The translations under genes and the position numbers were made by a program. Of a DNA stretch of 64,000 nt, positions 13,226 to 25,307 are shown one piece after another (within the stretch, counting starts at the first letter, position 1; every line of letters begins with the position of its first letter). Source of the stretch: Somniosus microcephalus (taxonomy: Eukaryota); the NCBI GenBank assembly GCA_052327205.1, contig CM126207.1, positions 82,522,001 to 82,586,000 on the forward strand. The letters run 5' to 3'. Under the pieces are notes generated by a model. The model was not told the origin of the DNA. It saw only the letters and a program-made list of their open reading frames with translations, and made no database searches.

Positions 13226-15281
13226 TAGTAGCTGGATCAAGGCAATTATTTTTTTTTTAATTGGAAATAACAGTTTTGCAGTGCATAAAATCAGACCTAA
13301 GCAGAGTGAAGACCCATGTAAGTACTGAACAGACAAAACTTCAAGCATTTTATGGAAAGGCTATTTAGTAATCAATAACAATGATACAAGTCAACAACAC
13401 TTCACCTTCTACTGTATATGTACCCTCTTTTCCTCTGCACAGCCTTCTGGGTTTTGCTGTCTATGCCCAATTTCCCCCTCTCCTCCTTCAGGGTTGGGAG
13501 GAGCCCCAACTCCACCTTACCACAAGATCATTACAACAAATATTAAAGCACAACTGAAAATGCATATAAATCAGTATAATAAGTTAAAGAAAAACTTCCA
13601 AACCATAAAAAAACTAACCGTTAGTTTGTAAAAGGCTACTTGTGCAGGCTTAGGCTATCCACACACTTTCGGTGCCAGCAGGAAAGCAATGAGAAAGCTG
13701 CAAAATCCATCAGGGGACACATTTACATTTTTTTTTAAAACCTGTATTGAGGTTTGTGCAGACCATTGAAATTTGCCTCAAAATCCCAGCACTATTTTTC
13801 TCTACAATTTAAGGCTCCCTGCAAATTGGCCACACTAGCCTGTGTGGCTGATTTCGTGAACCGCACTCCTGACCACCAAGGTTCAGGGCTACCAGCGGGG
13901 TGTTGTAAAATCAACTTTTAAGTGTCATGATTGAGCACTCACAAGTCGGTCATAGAGTGGCCAAATGAAAAATGAAGCTCCTTCAATTTTTTTCAACAAT
14001 ATGCCTCTGCCCCAATTTCAGAAGTACTTAATGCACCAACATTGGAGAAATTCCAAAGTCGTCATTATAACCTGTCTGAGACTTATTTGTGCTCTGGGCC
14101 AGTTTGTCCTATATGCTAAGGCCTTATAGGAACTTCGTTGAAACTGCCCAAACTCGTTTCATCTCAGTCCTATGGGCAGCCATGAAAGCAGGTTTTCTTT
14201 CCATCAGTACTGGAGTGTAACGAGCACTAAAGCTGAACTTTTTTTTAAATTAAATGTCAGCTCTCAGTTAAGCAGTAACAGCTGAGTTGATAAAAATCAC
14301 ATCCAAGCTATTTTATGAAGTGCCTTTGTTCTGTCAGAAAGCATGAGCGAGCTCTCATTATATTAGAGCAGACCTAAGCTGAGCAAAGAAGCTGGTTAAA
14401 GCTTAAGCTGTTGCCGTAGTGATACAATTGGCTTTGCAATGCCCAAGATGGCAACAGAATACTGGTGCACTGCAGTCTTTGCAACAAGACATGATTTTCT
14501 TTTGAAAATAGTATGTTTAAACTCCCGAAATGTTAAAACTATGTATTTCTGTTTTGTTAGTATCTCTCTATCTTTTTACGCCAGAACTTCTATTTTGCAA
14601 GTCATAAATTTGCAAATATGCCCCTGTATTGCTTCACTTGAGTGTAAATTTATATGTTTGTTTTGTTTGTGGTAGTTCCATTACTTCAGTAATAAGTACA
14701 TTTGGTGCACTTATTACGTTATATTCTCTCTCTTACAAATTTTCATTGCCATTAATTGACTCCTGTAAAGAGGAATCTTGACAAGCTGCTAAAATATGCT
14801 GAATGGGCCCGTTTGCTGTCACTAATTCTTGTTGGCCAGCATGTGTCTCAAGCATAAAGTTTTAATTCTGAACATCAATGGAAAGCATCTATTTGTTTTG
14901 CTGTTGTTTTGTTGTGAGCACAACTCAGCTCATACTGGTTGAGAAAATGAGCTGAAACGAATGAATCTTGGCTGTACACATCTCTGCATGTAACATTTTA
15001 TAAGCTGCTTTTATACCGGCATTATTTTCATTCAGATTCCAAAAGAACAGCATCCTATGAGCCTTGAAAAATTGAGCTGGCGAGTCTGCTTCCAGGATAA
15101 ATGAACTGATGAAGTAGTGTAAATGCTAGGACTCAACTTATGAATACCGGTCTCCCAGAATCAGAACTAAAACAGGGCCAGTATAAAAGTGACTATAGAG
15201 GACTTACGGTAGGCCCTGTGTGACACCTTGAAAGAGGTCATAGATGGTGTTTAATTATTTTATCTTTTGTTCATTATTTAG

Positions 15282-15364
15282 AGACTAGAGAGAGAATACA
15301 ATTGTCCCTGTGTAATGGGAAAACCTAAAGTTGCCTTCAGAGAAACTATCTCTACATATGTTCC
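15282..15364 (+). CDS. GFM1: GFM1 coding exon (RLEREYNCPCVMGKPKVAFRETISTYVP)
   Basis: tttag/gtaagt; 83 nt, ends in phase 2; GKPKVAFRETI motif. Confidence 0.96.
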
Positions 15365-15596
15365 GTAAGTAAAGTTTCATAACTATCAATTTACTAGACT
15401 TATGTTTCATTAACCACTTAGCAATTTAAGCTGTATTACATTTTTGAAATAAGTGAAGATCAAGAGATTTGATTTTCACATTTTGCCTGAGTTCCACATT
15501 CAGTGCTTAACATTTTTACTTGAAGTCCTTTTTAGAGAGCAATTCTTTTTATTAACCAAATCTTCCCAATCCTTCATGTGGCACTAAACAGCAAGG

Positions 15597-16215
15597 GAAC
15601 ATAGGAGCAGAGGTGTGCAATTTAGCCCCGAGAACTCATTCCACCATTCAGTGAGTCATGGCTAATCTGTATCCTAACTCCATCCACCCAGCTTGGCTCC
15701 ATATCCCTTAATACCCATGGCTAGCAAAAATCTAGCGATCTCCAATTTGAAATTAATAATTGAGCTAGCATCTACTGCTTTTTGTGGGAGAGGGTTCCAC
15801 ACTTCTACCACCCTTTGTGTGAAGAAGTGTTTCCTAACTTCTCTCCTGAATGGCCTGGCTCTGGTTTTAAGGTTATGTCCCCTTGTCCTAGACTCCCCCA
15901 CCAGTGGAAAAAAGTTTTTCTCTCTCTACCCTATCAATTCCTTTCAAAATCCTAAAAACCTCAATCATATAACCCCTTAACCGTCTATATTCCAGGGAAT
16001 ACAATCTCAGTTTATGGAATCCTCCGAATCTAACCCCTGAAGCCCTGGTAACATTCTGATCAATCTGTGCTACACTCCTTCCAAGGCCAATATATCCTTT
16101 CTAAGGTGCAGTGCCCAGAATTTTACACAGTGCTCCAGATGTGGTCTAACCAGGGCTTTGTATAGCTGTAGCAAAACCTCCTCCCTTTTATATTCTAGCC
16201 CTCTAGTTATAATGG
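15597..16215 (-). mobile_element. CR1 LINE 3' fragment
   Basis: GESRTRGHNLK...FFTQRVVEVWN. Confidence 0.9.
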
Positions 16216-16414
16216 GCATTCTGGAATTTGATTAGTGTAGCACCACATTAACATGCTGATTTTTAATAATCATGATTTGTTCAGTTGGTGGAAAAATGGA
16301 TCTTGATACTGGGAAATACATAGGCTAAACATACCAGTGAAATCTTTACTTTGCAAAAAGCTTCAGTTAAGTGGCAGTGCAGGGGCACTGTGCATTCCAG
16401 CACTAACACCTAAT

Positions 16415-17894
16415 GCCCCGGATTTTGCGGTTGTAATGACGACGAAACTGTCAACGTTCGTTACTCTCTGAAACTGACGGCAACTTCTGGCACCCGCACA
16501 TGTGCAGTTAAACGCGGAAATCTAGAAGTTGCTGTCATTGATTCCCCTTTCCTTCGCAGGGTGCGCTGTTAAAGGCCTCGCAGATGGAAATCTTACAAAT
16601 CACTTGAATTGATGTGAACTTCCATTTTTTACGCTCTAATCTCGCTGTAAAAATCCCATAAAAAGTTGAACCTTGTTGAATGAGGTGGAACTGGGTTTTT
16701 AACGGCATACTAAGTCGTAATTAATTCTGAAAAACCTCTCTGGCCCTAAAAAAAAAAACCTAAATTTTTATTTGTGAAATGTCAAATTTCTCCATTTATG
16801 ATCAAAATTCATAGATTCTTTTTAAAAATTAAAGCCCGTATTTTCCGATCGGAGGCTTCCTGCGTGCGGAGGCCTCCGATCTGGAAAAAATCTACGCCCT
16901 TACCTGAGGGCTCCAGAGATCCGGCCATTTCTGCTCCTGGACCTCTGCTCTATGAAATGCGCAGGGCCTACGTATCCCAGGGGCGCATGCAGTTCGCAAG
17001 CATCCCTGGGATCACGTGGGCCATGGGGAACCAATGAAAGAAGGGAATCTCCCTTCATACTTTTGACCGCTTAGAACTGTCAAAAGTATGAATGGCGATC
17101 ACTCCAAAAACACATCAAAACATTAAATAAATTTTTTTAAATCACGTTTTTAAAAATAGTTTAAATTACATTCAATTAAATATTTTAAACATTTAATTTT
17201 TTGAAAAAAATTGAAGTTTTTTACGGGGCTAAAAATAAACTTGCCTTTTTTTAAAGTATTTTAAAATTATAAATGAGTGGGAATATTTTTTTACTTTTTT
17301 AAACTCTTATACTGGCCTTACGCCTACTTTAAACCAGGCGTAAGATTTTTAAGGGATTTCAGTGGGCGGAGGTTCTGCAGAAAGCAGAACTCTCCACCCG
17401 CAGAGGCCCTTCTCCAGGGCAGGTGTGCGATCTGTCAAGAGGATTCTTGATAGTTCAGAAGTGCCTGTTTTCAGCGCATGCGCTTCACATTCCTGAAACC
17501 AGCACTTGCGAGGTCCCTACAGGTGTGGACACACCCGTAGGGATCGGAAAATACGGGCCTTAAAGTTTGTTTGATATTTCAGATTCTGCCGTAATCCCAT
17601 GTGTATGTCCCAATCCTTATTTCTCTCTGTAAAATGATTAAAAAGTGTAGGATTGTCGGTGCTTTTTACTTCCTCGTTTGCTATCTGTGCGAATTCTTCA
17701 TCGTGATTGGCTGCTTAGCCTGCTTGATTATATCACTGTTGCTGGACGCCAGAGATCCCCTGTTAGCGGCATCCGAATGAAATTAACATCAGCAAAAGTG
17801 AAATCCATGCCAGAGATCGCTAAATCTTTGGGCAGCTTTCTTCAAGGTCAGCGGCGAGCGCTGTCACTTCGCCGCTGACTGCAAAATCCTGGCC
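16415..17894. mobile_element. Harbinger-type MITE, family B, containing a nested MITE
   Basis: GGATTTTGC/GCAAAATCC TIR core; AAT TSD. Confidence 0.7.
16832..17559. mobile_element. Harbinger-type MITE, family C (nested)
   Basis: TIR GCCCGTATTTTCCGATC; similar to 28089-28779. Confidence 0.8.
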
Positions 17895-18193
17895 AATGCC
17901 ACAGATAAAAGGATGCAGGTTTGATGCGGGCTTAGTTCTAGCCGTGCTGTGTGAGGATGTGCTGAATGAAGATTGTTATACATTGTGCACATACTCCATG
18001 AATAATGCTGAAGTAGCCAAGGATAAAGTTGAAGGAGATCGAGGGATGCTGGTAGACTTGGCATTTGCAGTATCGGGTTAATGTGGAGCAACAAAGAACA
18101 GAGCCAATTAAATGTTGAATTATATAGCCAAATCATTAGAATACAACTCAGAAGATGACCTGCTAAAATTGTGCAGTGCTCTCATCAGACTAC

Positions 18194-20349
18194 GGCCGGA
18201 ATTTTCTGTGCCTGGGCGGGTCGGATGCGGGTGGTCACCATGGCGTGTCACAACCCCGTTCTTCATACCATGCCACTCCTGAGATCGACTTTGTTGATGA
18301 CCCCTATTAAGGTCGCCCTGCGCGTTTCCTGACCCTATTAAAAGTTCAGGTCTGATGACTTCATCGATGACACGTTTTCAGCCGGGATATTTAAAGGCGC
18401 CATGACCATATTGCATTTGAAGGCTCATCCAGGAGTGTGCAGGCTGCACACTGCACAATTGGACTACTGCAAAAAGTGCACCGAAACAGAGGGCTGCACC
18501 CAGGTTCTCAGATGATTCCCTCCATATTCTTGTGAAGGGAGTGAGAACACATAGGAAGGTCCTCTTCCCTTCTAATGGGCAGAAGAGACCTCCCCAGGAG
18601 ACAAAACGAGCCTGGCTCCAAATAGCAGAGGAGGTCAACAGCAGGGATGTGGTCAGGAGGACCTGGCTGCCGTGCCGGAAACGTTTCAATGATCTCACTA
18701 GATCAGGAAAGGTGAGTGCAAAACCATACTCAACTTCATCCTGCTGCGCCTCACATCACATTCCCATCACTCTGCTTTCCCAACCCTGTTCCTGCACATC
18801 CTTACTCATACCTTGCACGTCCACCCATCCTCTCTATCTACATTATCACACCCCCATCTGACTAGCCACCCCTCACACTCACCCTCATCCTAATGCAATC
18901 ATACCAACTAACAAAACACAAGGAGGCCACTTGGCATTGGCACCCCATTCCATCATAGTCACCCTCTAAAGATGTAACCCATCCATTCCTTACACTCATT
19001 CCATCACTCTCACTCAACCTTCTCTTCATTCCCTCCTTGCAGGAAAAGAGAGCCCACAATGAGAGGGAGAGAACCGGAGGTGGCACTCCATCATTGGCCA
19101 CCCTACCATCAGCAGAGGAGGCTGCCTTGGAAGTGTCTGGAGGTGGGAGATGGAGAGAGGGGGACATCTCAGCAACCTGGTGACAGAATTACATATCATA
19201 CAGCGACATGGCATGCAGCAGTCACTCATATGGAGACTGAAGGCAGCAGCCAGTGAATGTTCATCATGTGCATTGTGGTATCTGTACCCATTCTTCATAT
19301 AACATATCTAATTCATCCCACAGGTTCATCAAGAGCCCCCCCCCCCCCCCCCCCACTGTCCAGGAGGAAGAAAAAGACGACCCCTCAGAACAGCGTCCAG
19401 CCTCTGAAGGCGCACCGTCACCAGACATAAACACCCAGCACCAGCACAGATACTTACACATTGGTGAGTCCCACGTGAGAGAAGAGTAGTGTTGTCACCT
19501 GGTGTCTCACAAGTCACAAGTGAGCAAGAGTAGCTGGTGGAGACGGGGACAGCAGTGGAGACTCCTTCCTGGAGGGCGCAGGATTCTCCCAGCTCTGCTC
19601 AACTGCATGCAGACGCTGAGCCTCTGGGACCATCCAGAAAAAGGACGTTACCGGAGGTGCAGCAAGAAGTGCAGGAGGCTTTGACAGGTTTTGCGACTGC
19701 AATGTCTACAAATGTCCAGAGAATGGAGGAGTCCATCTCCAACATGAGCACCACTGTGTTGCAGGCGGTGGCGACTGTAGGCTCTTCCATGGATAGGATG
19801 GCTACCTGCATGGAGCAGCTAATGCGCCACTCATAGGAGCACATGGCCTCTATGGAGAATAGATGGATTAGGCTCATAGATGTCCTCTCTAGGAGGGATG
19901 TTGATGTCAAAGTGGATCCTCGTGGCCCTACTGCTGTGCAGCAAGGTGCTCTCTAACTCCTTGCTAGCAGGGAAGTGCAGGTGGCCCATGAGAGGGATGA
20001 TGGTGAGCGGGGACATGGAAGTGGGGGCTCCTCTCAGGCTCACACTTCTCCCCCGTTGCCCGGTTGACACAGACTCCTGGGTGATGATGAAGTGTCCTGG
20101 TGCATGCAGGAATCCGGCACTTCCATCGGGCCTACGGGTGAGTACCCCGTGCGTACTCACCCGTGGAGACCCGAATTTCTGGGCCAATAATTTAAATTAG
20201 CTCGCCCACCTCTGCCGTTCGGGTCGCTGCCGCGCAGGCAAACACACCCGAGAGAAAGGCGCATGGGGGCGGGATGACGACAAGTTCCTGACCCGCTGCA
20301 AGATATTTCAAATTTTCCGTGCGTGCACGAACTCCAGAAAATTCCGGCC
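18194..20349 (+). mobile_element. Non-autonomous PIF/Harbinger transposon carrying only the Myb/SANT gene
   Basis: Perfect 15-bp TIR GGCCGGAATTTTCTG; TAC TSD; internal Myb/SANT exons. Confidence 0.9.
18460..20030 (+). pseudogene. Harbinger Myb/SANT-like gene, three exons (~18460-18711, 19043-19179, 19324-), frameshifted
   Basis: APRFSD..L..LV..V, AW..IAEEVN, R.W..CRKRFNDL, EKRAHN..ERTGGG; gtgagt donor and ttgcag acceptor. Confidence 0.8.
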
Positions 20350-20889
20350 TACATCTTGAGTATTATGTTTAGTTTTGGCCGTCAAGATATAACGGAGATA
20401 TTCAAATCCAGGAGATGGTGGAGAGAAGACTGGTGAAGCTGATCTCTAGCTGGTGAGGACTGAGTTTTGAGGATAGACTTGAGTAGGCAACTGAGCAGGA
20501 ACCAAACAGTATAGAAAAAGCAAAGCTAGAACACTGCTTCAAGTTAAACCATGACATTAGGACAAGAGGGCATCAGATCAAACTGGGGAAAGTAAAATTT
20601 AGGACTGATGTAAAAATGTTTCTCAAAACAACGATCAACACAGGGAATGGACTTTTGTACAGGATATAGGATGCAAAACAACACTGAAATCATTCACAGT
20701 ACAGTATATGAGATGAGAATTTACATCCCTGTTTGACACCAAACGTGTGCGCAGGCCTATGGTATTTTTCCAAATGCAGATAACATGAAGGAATCTGGGT
20801 AGGTGGTAGTCAGAAGACAGCAACCATAGTGAGCCAACTCAGAATTGTAACTCTGGCAACTTAAGCTGGCACCAAAATTAAGTTACATT

Positions 20890-21603
20890 GCTCCAGATTT
20901 TGCTCTCGGCGGTGACGGAAAGGCGCTTGCAGTTTACCTTGCTGACAGCTGCCCACAGACTTTGCGGGCTTGTCAGTGGAGATTTCCTCTAATCCGGCGT
21001 TTTTTCCAGCATGGTACCCTCTACAGAGGACCCGTGGTGTGTGTGAGCAGGTTAAGGAACAGCAAGGCTCTTCAACCAATCACACTGAAGAATTCTCACT
21101 GAGACGTGCAGAGTCCAAACCAGGAAGTATAAAGCAGGAAATATAAATTAGATTTAAATGATGTACAGAAAGTGGAATAAAGATTTGGAAATACAGATGG
21201 GATTAAGGGAGAGAGATAGGAGATGGACAAAAAAAGTTTAAAAAAAAAAAAATCTCCAACACTAATTTTCTTCTGAGAGAATGAGACTTCACACTTATGA
21301 AATAAATTTTTCAGGACCAGAGGTTGTTCGGCAGCAATAATTACTGATCAGCCCTAACTTTTTCAGCCATTTTTAGTGCTGAACTAGTGAGCAAGTTCAC
21401 ACCGTAGCAGTCATTTCATTGCTGAGTCTATTGGCAAGGACTGCAACAGCGCACCCTGGGGAGGAGCAGGGTATCTCTGACAGCAACTTCTGGATTTCCA
21501 CATTTAACTGCACATGTGTGTACTCCAGAAGTCGCTGTCATTTCCTCCATTATAACGGTGAGTGCTGATAGACTCCTTTTATTCTCGTTGCAAATTCTGG
21601 ACC
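20890..21603. mobile_element. Harbinger-type MITE, family B, inverted relative to 16415
   Basis: TCCAGA.TTTGC TIR; ATT TSD; shared gcaacttctgg...agaagt hairpin. Confidence 0.7.
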
Positions 21604-21616
21604 ATTATGTTATAAG

Positions 21617-22320
21617 GACATAAGAAATAGTAGCAGGAGTAGGCCATTTGGCCCCTCAAGCCTGCTCCATCATTCAATAAGATCACGGCAGATCTTCTAC
21701 CTCAACTCCACTTCCCTGCACTATCCCCATATCCCTTGATTCCCTTAATATCCAAAAATCTATCGATCTCTGTCTTGAATATACTCAACGACTGAGCTGC
21801 CACAGCCCTCTGGGGTAGAGAATTCCAAAGATTCATTACCCTCTGAGTGAAGAAATTTCTCCTCATCTCAGTCCTAAATGACCGACACTTTATTCTGAGA
21901 CTGTGACCCCTAGTTCCAGACTCCCCAGCCAGGTGAAACATCCTCCCTGCTGCAACCATTTTAAGCCCTGCAAGAATTTTGTATGTTTCAATGAGATCAC
22001 CTCTCATTCTTCTAAACTCTAGAGAATATAGGCCTAGTCTACTCGATCTCTCCTCATAGGACAATCCCCCCATTCCAGAAATCAGAACCTTTGTTGCACT
22101 CCCTCTATGGCAAGTATATCTTTCCTTGGGTAAGGAGACCAAAACTGTACACAATACTCCAGGTGTGGTCTCACCAGGGTCCTATAAACTTGCAGTAAGA
22201 TGCCTTTACTCTTATACTCAAATCCTCTTGTAATAAAGGCCAACATACTATTTGCTTTCTTAATTGCTTGCTGTACCTGCATGTTAATTTTCAGTGATTC
22301 ATGTACAAGGACACCCAGAT
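21617..22320 (-). mobile_element. CR1 LINE 3' fragment
   Basis: LVRPHLEYCVQFWSP; RMRGDLIETYKI. Confidence 0.92.
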
Positions 22321-22771
22321 CCATGGATTTCATCCTGATACTATTCTAATTTAGAGATGCATACCCGAGGATGATCGTTGGATTGTATTCCTTTTGTCTC
22401 TGTCTCCCTCTCTGCCTCTGCCTGTGTCTCTGGCACACACACAGTCATACTCTCATTGGAGTGCTTGGAAAGAATTTTCTTGTATTACGCTGGTCTGCTC
22501 TGTTGCTATTTCCTGTAAATTAAGGAAACAAAAATTGAGGCCTTGCATGTAGCATGGGGTGGGAGAAATGATGAGGCTATTGTAAGGAGGAAAGTCTTCA
22601 AAGGTGGCAGGGCTCTGTATACCAGTTTTGGATGATTTAATTCACTGAAAAGAATTCGGCCTCATCAGACAAAGAACGACGAGGAGCGTATCAAAGATAA
22701 ATAATCCAACTTTCCAGTTTGTGCAGTTTTATAAATGCGGTCACAAAAAATGTGTGTTTCAGTGAGCATTC

Positions 22772-22777
22772 TTTATT
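22772..22777 (-). promoter_or_regulatory. Candidate polyadenylation signal of the nested gene
   Basis: AATAAA on the minus strand ~290 nt after the stop, followed by a T/GT-rich tract. Confidence 0.55.
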
Positions 22778-23064
22778 AATAGATAGCAGTGCCACTTTCA
22801 CTGATGGAACAAATTGTTGAGATTATCAGTGGTTTTATTAATCTGACATTAAGGTAGTTCACTGGCTTGAGTGCGGCTTCAGTCTCGTGTACCATTTAAA
22901 TATGTTTTTTATGGCAGTAGTGGAAAATATAATTGGAAAATTTTAAGACAACATTTGAAGCAGCAGTGTTGCATTCATTGTTAGCTGCAAGTTTCAGTTA
23001 ACTTATGTGCTACAAGTACATTGGGAAATATAAATGTGACTAGTCCTATATGGGTGGTTAGCAC

Positions 23065-23532
23065 TCAGTTCATGGAAAAACCTTCCATAGCTGACCCTTC
23101 AACTGTTTCAAATGCTGATCCTTCAAGTCTTTCAGATTCTGATTCTTTGTATCTTCCAAATCCTGATCCTTCGAGTCTTCCAAATTCTGATTCTTCACGT
23201 CTTCCAAATCCTGATCCTTCGAGTCTTCCAAATTCTGATTCTTCACGTCTTCCAAATCCTGATCCTTCGAGTCTTCCAAATTCTGATTCTTCACGTCTTC
23301 CAAATCCTGATCCTTCGAGTCTTCCAAATTCTGATTCTTCACGTCTTCCAAATCCTGATCCTTCGAGTCTTCCAAATTCTGACTCTTCACGTCTTCCAAA
23401 TCCTGATCCTTCGAGTCTTCCAAATTCTGACTCTTTAGAAAAACTTTCCCATGGAGGAGGCAAGCAAAAGTATTTCACAGTCACTGATTGTTGGGGGTTC
23501 CACATCACCCACATATGGCAAGTGATTATTTC
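23065..23532 (-). CDS. Nested latexin/RARRES1-family gene, exon 6 (EIITCHMWVMWNPQ...KYFC + repeat tail)
   Basis: aacag acceptor; EII-C-W-P-VKY-C matches the RARRES1 last exon; open for 155 aa to TGA; spliced CDS totals 1131 nt. Confidence 0.9.
   Translation of the reverse strand, partial: EIITCHMWVMWNPQQSVTVKYFCLPPPWESFSKESEFGRLEGSGFGRREESEFGRLEGSGFGRREESEFGRLEGSGFGRREESEFGRLEGSGFGRREESEFGRLEGSGFGRREESEFGRLEGSGFGRYKESESERLEGSAFETVEGSAMEGFSMN
23146..23433 (-). repeat. Coding 48-bp tandem repeat x6 (two 24-bp subunits), plus degenerate copies down to ~23075
   Basis: tcttccaaatcctgatccttcgagtcttccaaattctgattcttcacg unit repeated almost perfectly. Confidence 0.97.
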
Positions 23533-23658
23533 CTGTTTAGGGCAGAAAAAAATAGCATTACTTGCCAGAACATGTAATTGATGTGCTGGCACTGATCATT
23601 GTGAAAGGGATTGGAATAGTCTCTAGATATAATCAGTTTATTTCTTTGATTAATTTAC

Positions 23659-23721
23659 CTGGGTTGGCAACTCGTGGAGAAGAACTGTATAGGTAAATTG
23701 AAGAAATTTGTCTGCCCTTAC
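23659..23721 (-). CDS. Nested latexin/RARRES1-family gene, exon 5 (VRADKFLQFTYTVLLHELPTQ)
   Basis: ttccag/gtaaat; 63 nt; YTVLLHE.xTQ motif. Confidence 0.92.
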
Positions 23722-23817
23722 CTGGAAAAAGAGTTGTTTAGTTATTAAAACATTTAATGAAAATGCCACTTTACAGATATGTTCAGTGATGAGAAGATAT
23801 TTATTTTGATTTCTTAC

Positions 23818-23954
23818 CCATTGATTAACTTTCTGTATTTGAGCCATGTCATACTTGAAGATTTCAGTGGATTTTTCCCACATGATGTAGCTGGCACTAA
23901 CTTTTGCCAGGTGCCAGATTGGCATCATTTTAGGGTCTACAAATCCAAAATTAT
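23818..23954 (-). CDS. Nested latexin/RARRES1-family gene, exon 4 (DNFGFVDPKMMPIWHLA...YIMWEKST...KVNQW)
   Basis: ctcag/gtaaga; 137 nt; completes the IPDNFG inhibitory-loop motif. Confidence 0.92.
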
Positions 23955-24101
23955 CTGAGATGCAGGGAGATAAAAAGGCAGTTTTTGAAAAAAAATTGAA
24001 AATCATATTAAGGGTTCTTCTTGAATATTTTGTAATTCTGAAAATCAACTTGATAACTTTAATTAAACTGTTAAGTGACATGGCTAGCTGAAACTTCATA
24101 C

Positions 24102-24273
24102 CCGGAATATTGTAGCCAACCATGGGGTTCCTCTGCTTTTTCAAATTGAGGTAAAATTTATTATCTTTCTTGAAGCTGTCTTTCTTAAGGTCTTTCAGAT
24201 TGCACTTTAGAGTTGTGTCTGGATTTTTTTTCTTGTTGTGGAAGAGTACATTAGCTATACAGATGCCAGTACC
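24102..24273 (-). CDS. Nested latexin/RARRES1-family gene, exon 3 (GTGICIANVLF...DNKFYLNLKKQRNPMVGYNIP)
   Basis: cacag/gtatga; 172 nt, phase 1; DNxFY..LK..P...NIP pattern of the family. Confidence 0.9.
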
Positions 24274-24479
24274 CTGTGGTGAGAAACAGTTATTATAATT
24301 TTGAGTTTAGTTCTTTGAATATTACTTGCATCCTGTTTATTCATTCAAGACAAGGGTAACTGGTCATTTTAGTTTAGCTACTTATATTTAAATGGACAAT
24401 GAAAGATACTGTAACTCTGTCACTTAATTCTCTGTTGCCAAAAATACATTATCAAAAGCAGAAGATATAAAAGACAGAA

Positions 24480-25159
24480 GGCCTAGAAATTGGGTTGAGG
24501 CGCCAAGTTCGCCTGAGCGCAGGATTTAGTGCAGCGTCCGAGTCTTCAGCGATCGTCCGATATTCAGTTTCATTGCCCCCTAGAGGGAGACGGGGCGAGG
24601 CTCGAGGCGCTCCGCGTCCCTCTTAGGGCGCTGAAACTGAATATCGCAGTGCAACGTGCCGCAGCGCCACACGCTGCGGCACGGCACGCTGCGGTACTGC
24701 AGGCCTTCCTCCCATTGTTAAGGGGGAGGGGCCTGCAACAGCGCGATCCCCGATCGCGAATGCCGGCAAAAGAGCCTGGCACCGAGGAGAAGTGCCGGGC
24801 TCTCGGGGTAACAGCCGGCAATGCCGCGGGGGGGGGGGGGCGGTCAGGAGGCCGGGGACGGAGGTGCTGGCAGGCGGCCGCCCCGCACCTCCACCTTAAC
24901 TTGTGCCGCTGCCGGCACAGTAAGGCCCCGTGAACCGGGCGCGGGTAGCGAACGGCGCAACTGCGGCGTTCGCAACTAAATATCGTGAATGGGGCGCTGC
25001 GCACACCAATGACGTCATCGGTGGCGGCGCAGCGCAAAAGGCTAACGCCACCATTATCGCCCCAAATCAGTATCGCGGGAGGCGCAGCCAGTGGCGCTAC
25101 AGCCACTGCCTGCCTCTTTAGGTGCTAACAAGTGGCGCTACTCACCCAATTTCTCCCCC
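24480..25159. mobile_element. GC-rich Harbinger-type MITE, family A, in intron 2 of the nested gene
   Basis: TIR core AGAAATTGGGT/ACCCAATTTCT; internal similarity to 5998-6694. Confidence 0.8.
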
Positions 25160-25238
25160 AGAAGAGTTTAGTTGTGGGTTGTTTTGGACAGTGAATGTTG
25201 CTTATAAGACATGACCCTGTTATCACTATTCTACTTAC

Positions 25239-25307
25239 ATTTGAAGAGCTTTCTTCATTTTTCACTTCAAATTCAAGGTGGTACTTGTGTCCTATATTTG
25301 AAGTCAC
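25239..25307 (-). CDS. Nested latexin/RARRES1-family gene, exon 2 (VTSNIGHKYHLEFEVKNEESSSN)
   Basis: tctctctccag acceptor, gtaagt donor; 69 nt; GHKYHLxF matches latexin. Confidence 0.9.

Noticed and set aside
22453-22512. Possible alternative last exon of the nested gene (tacag|EIATEQ...*)
   Set aside because: Only the acceptor context matches; no family similarity, and it lies beyond the candidate polyA signal
23146-23433. CRISPR-like regular repeat
   Set aside because: No unique spacers, eukaryotic context, and the repeat is coding
23021-23581. Other-frame ORFs over the 48-bp repeat (PNPDPSSL, EDSKDQDL, FQILIL repeats)
   Set aside because: They arise from a stop-free repeat; only the minus-strand frame continues the spliced latexin-family exon
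23650-24144. 164-aa ORF in the track
   Set aside because: It runs through exons 3-5 and two short introns of the nested gene; not a separate gene
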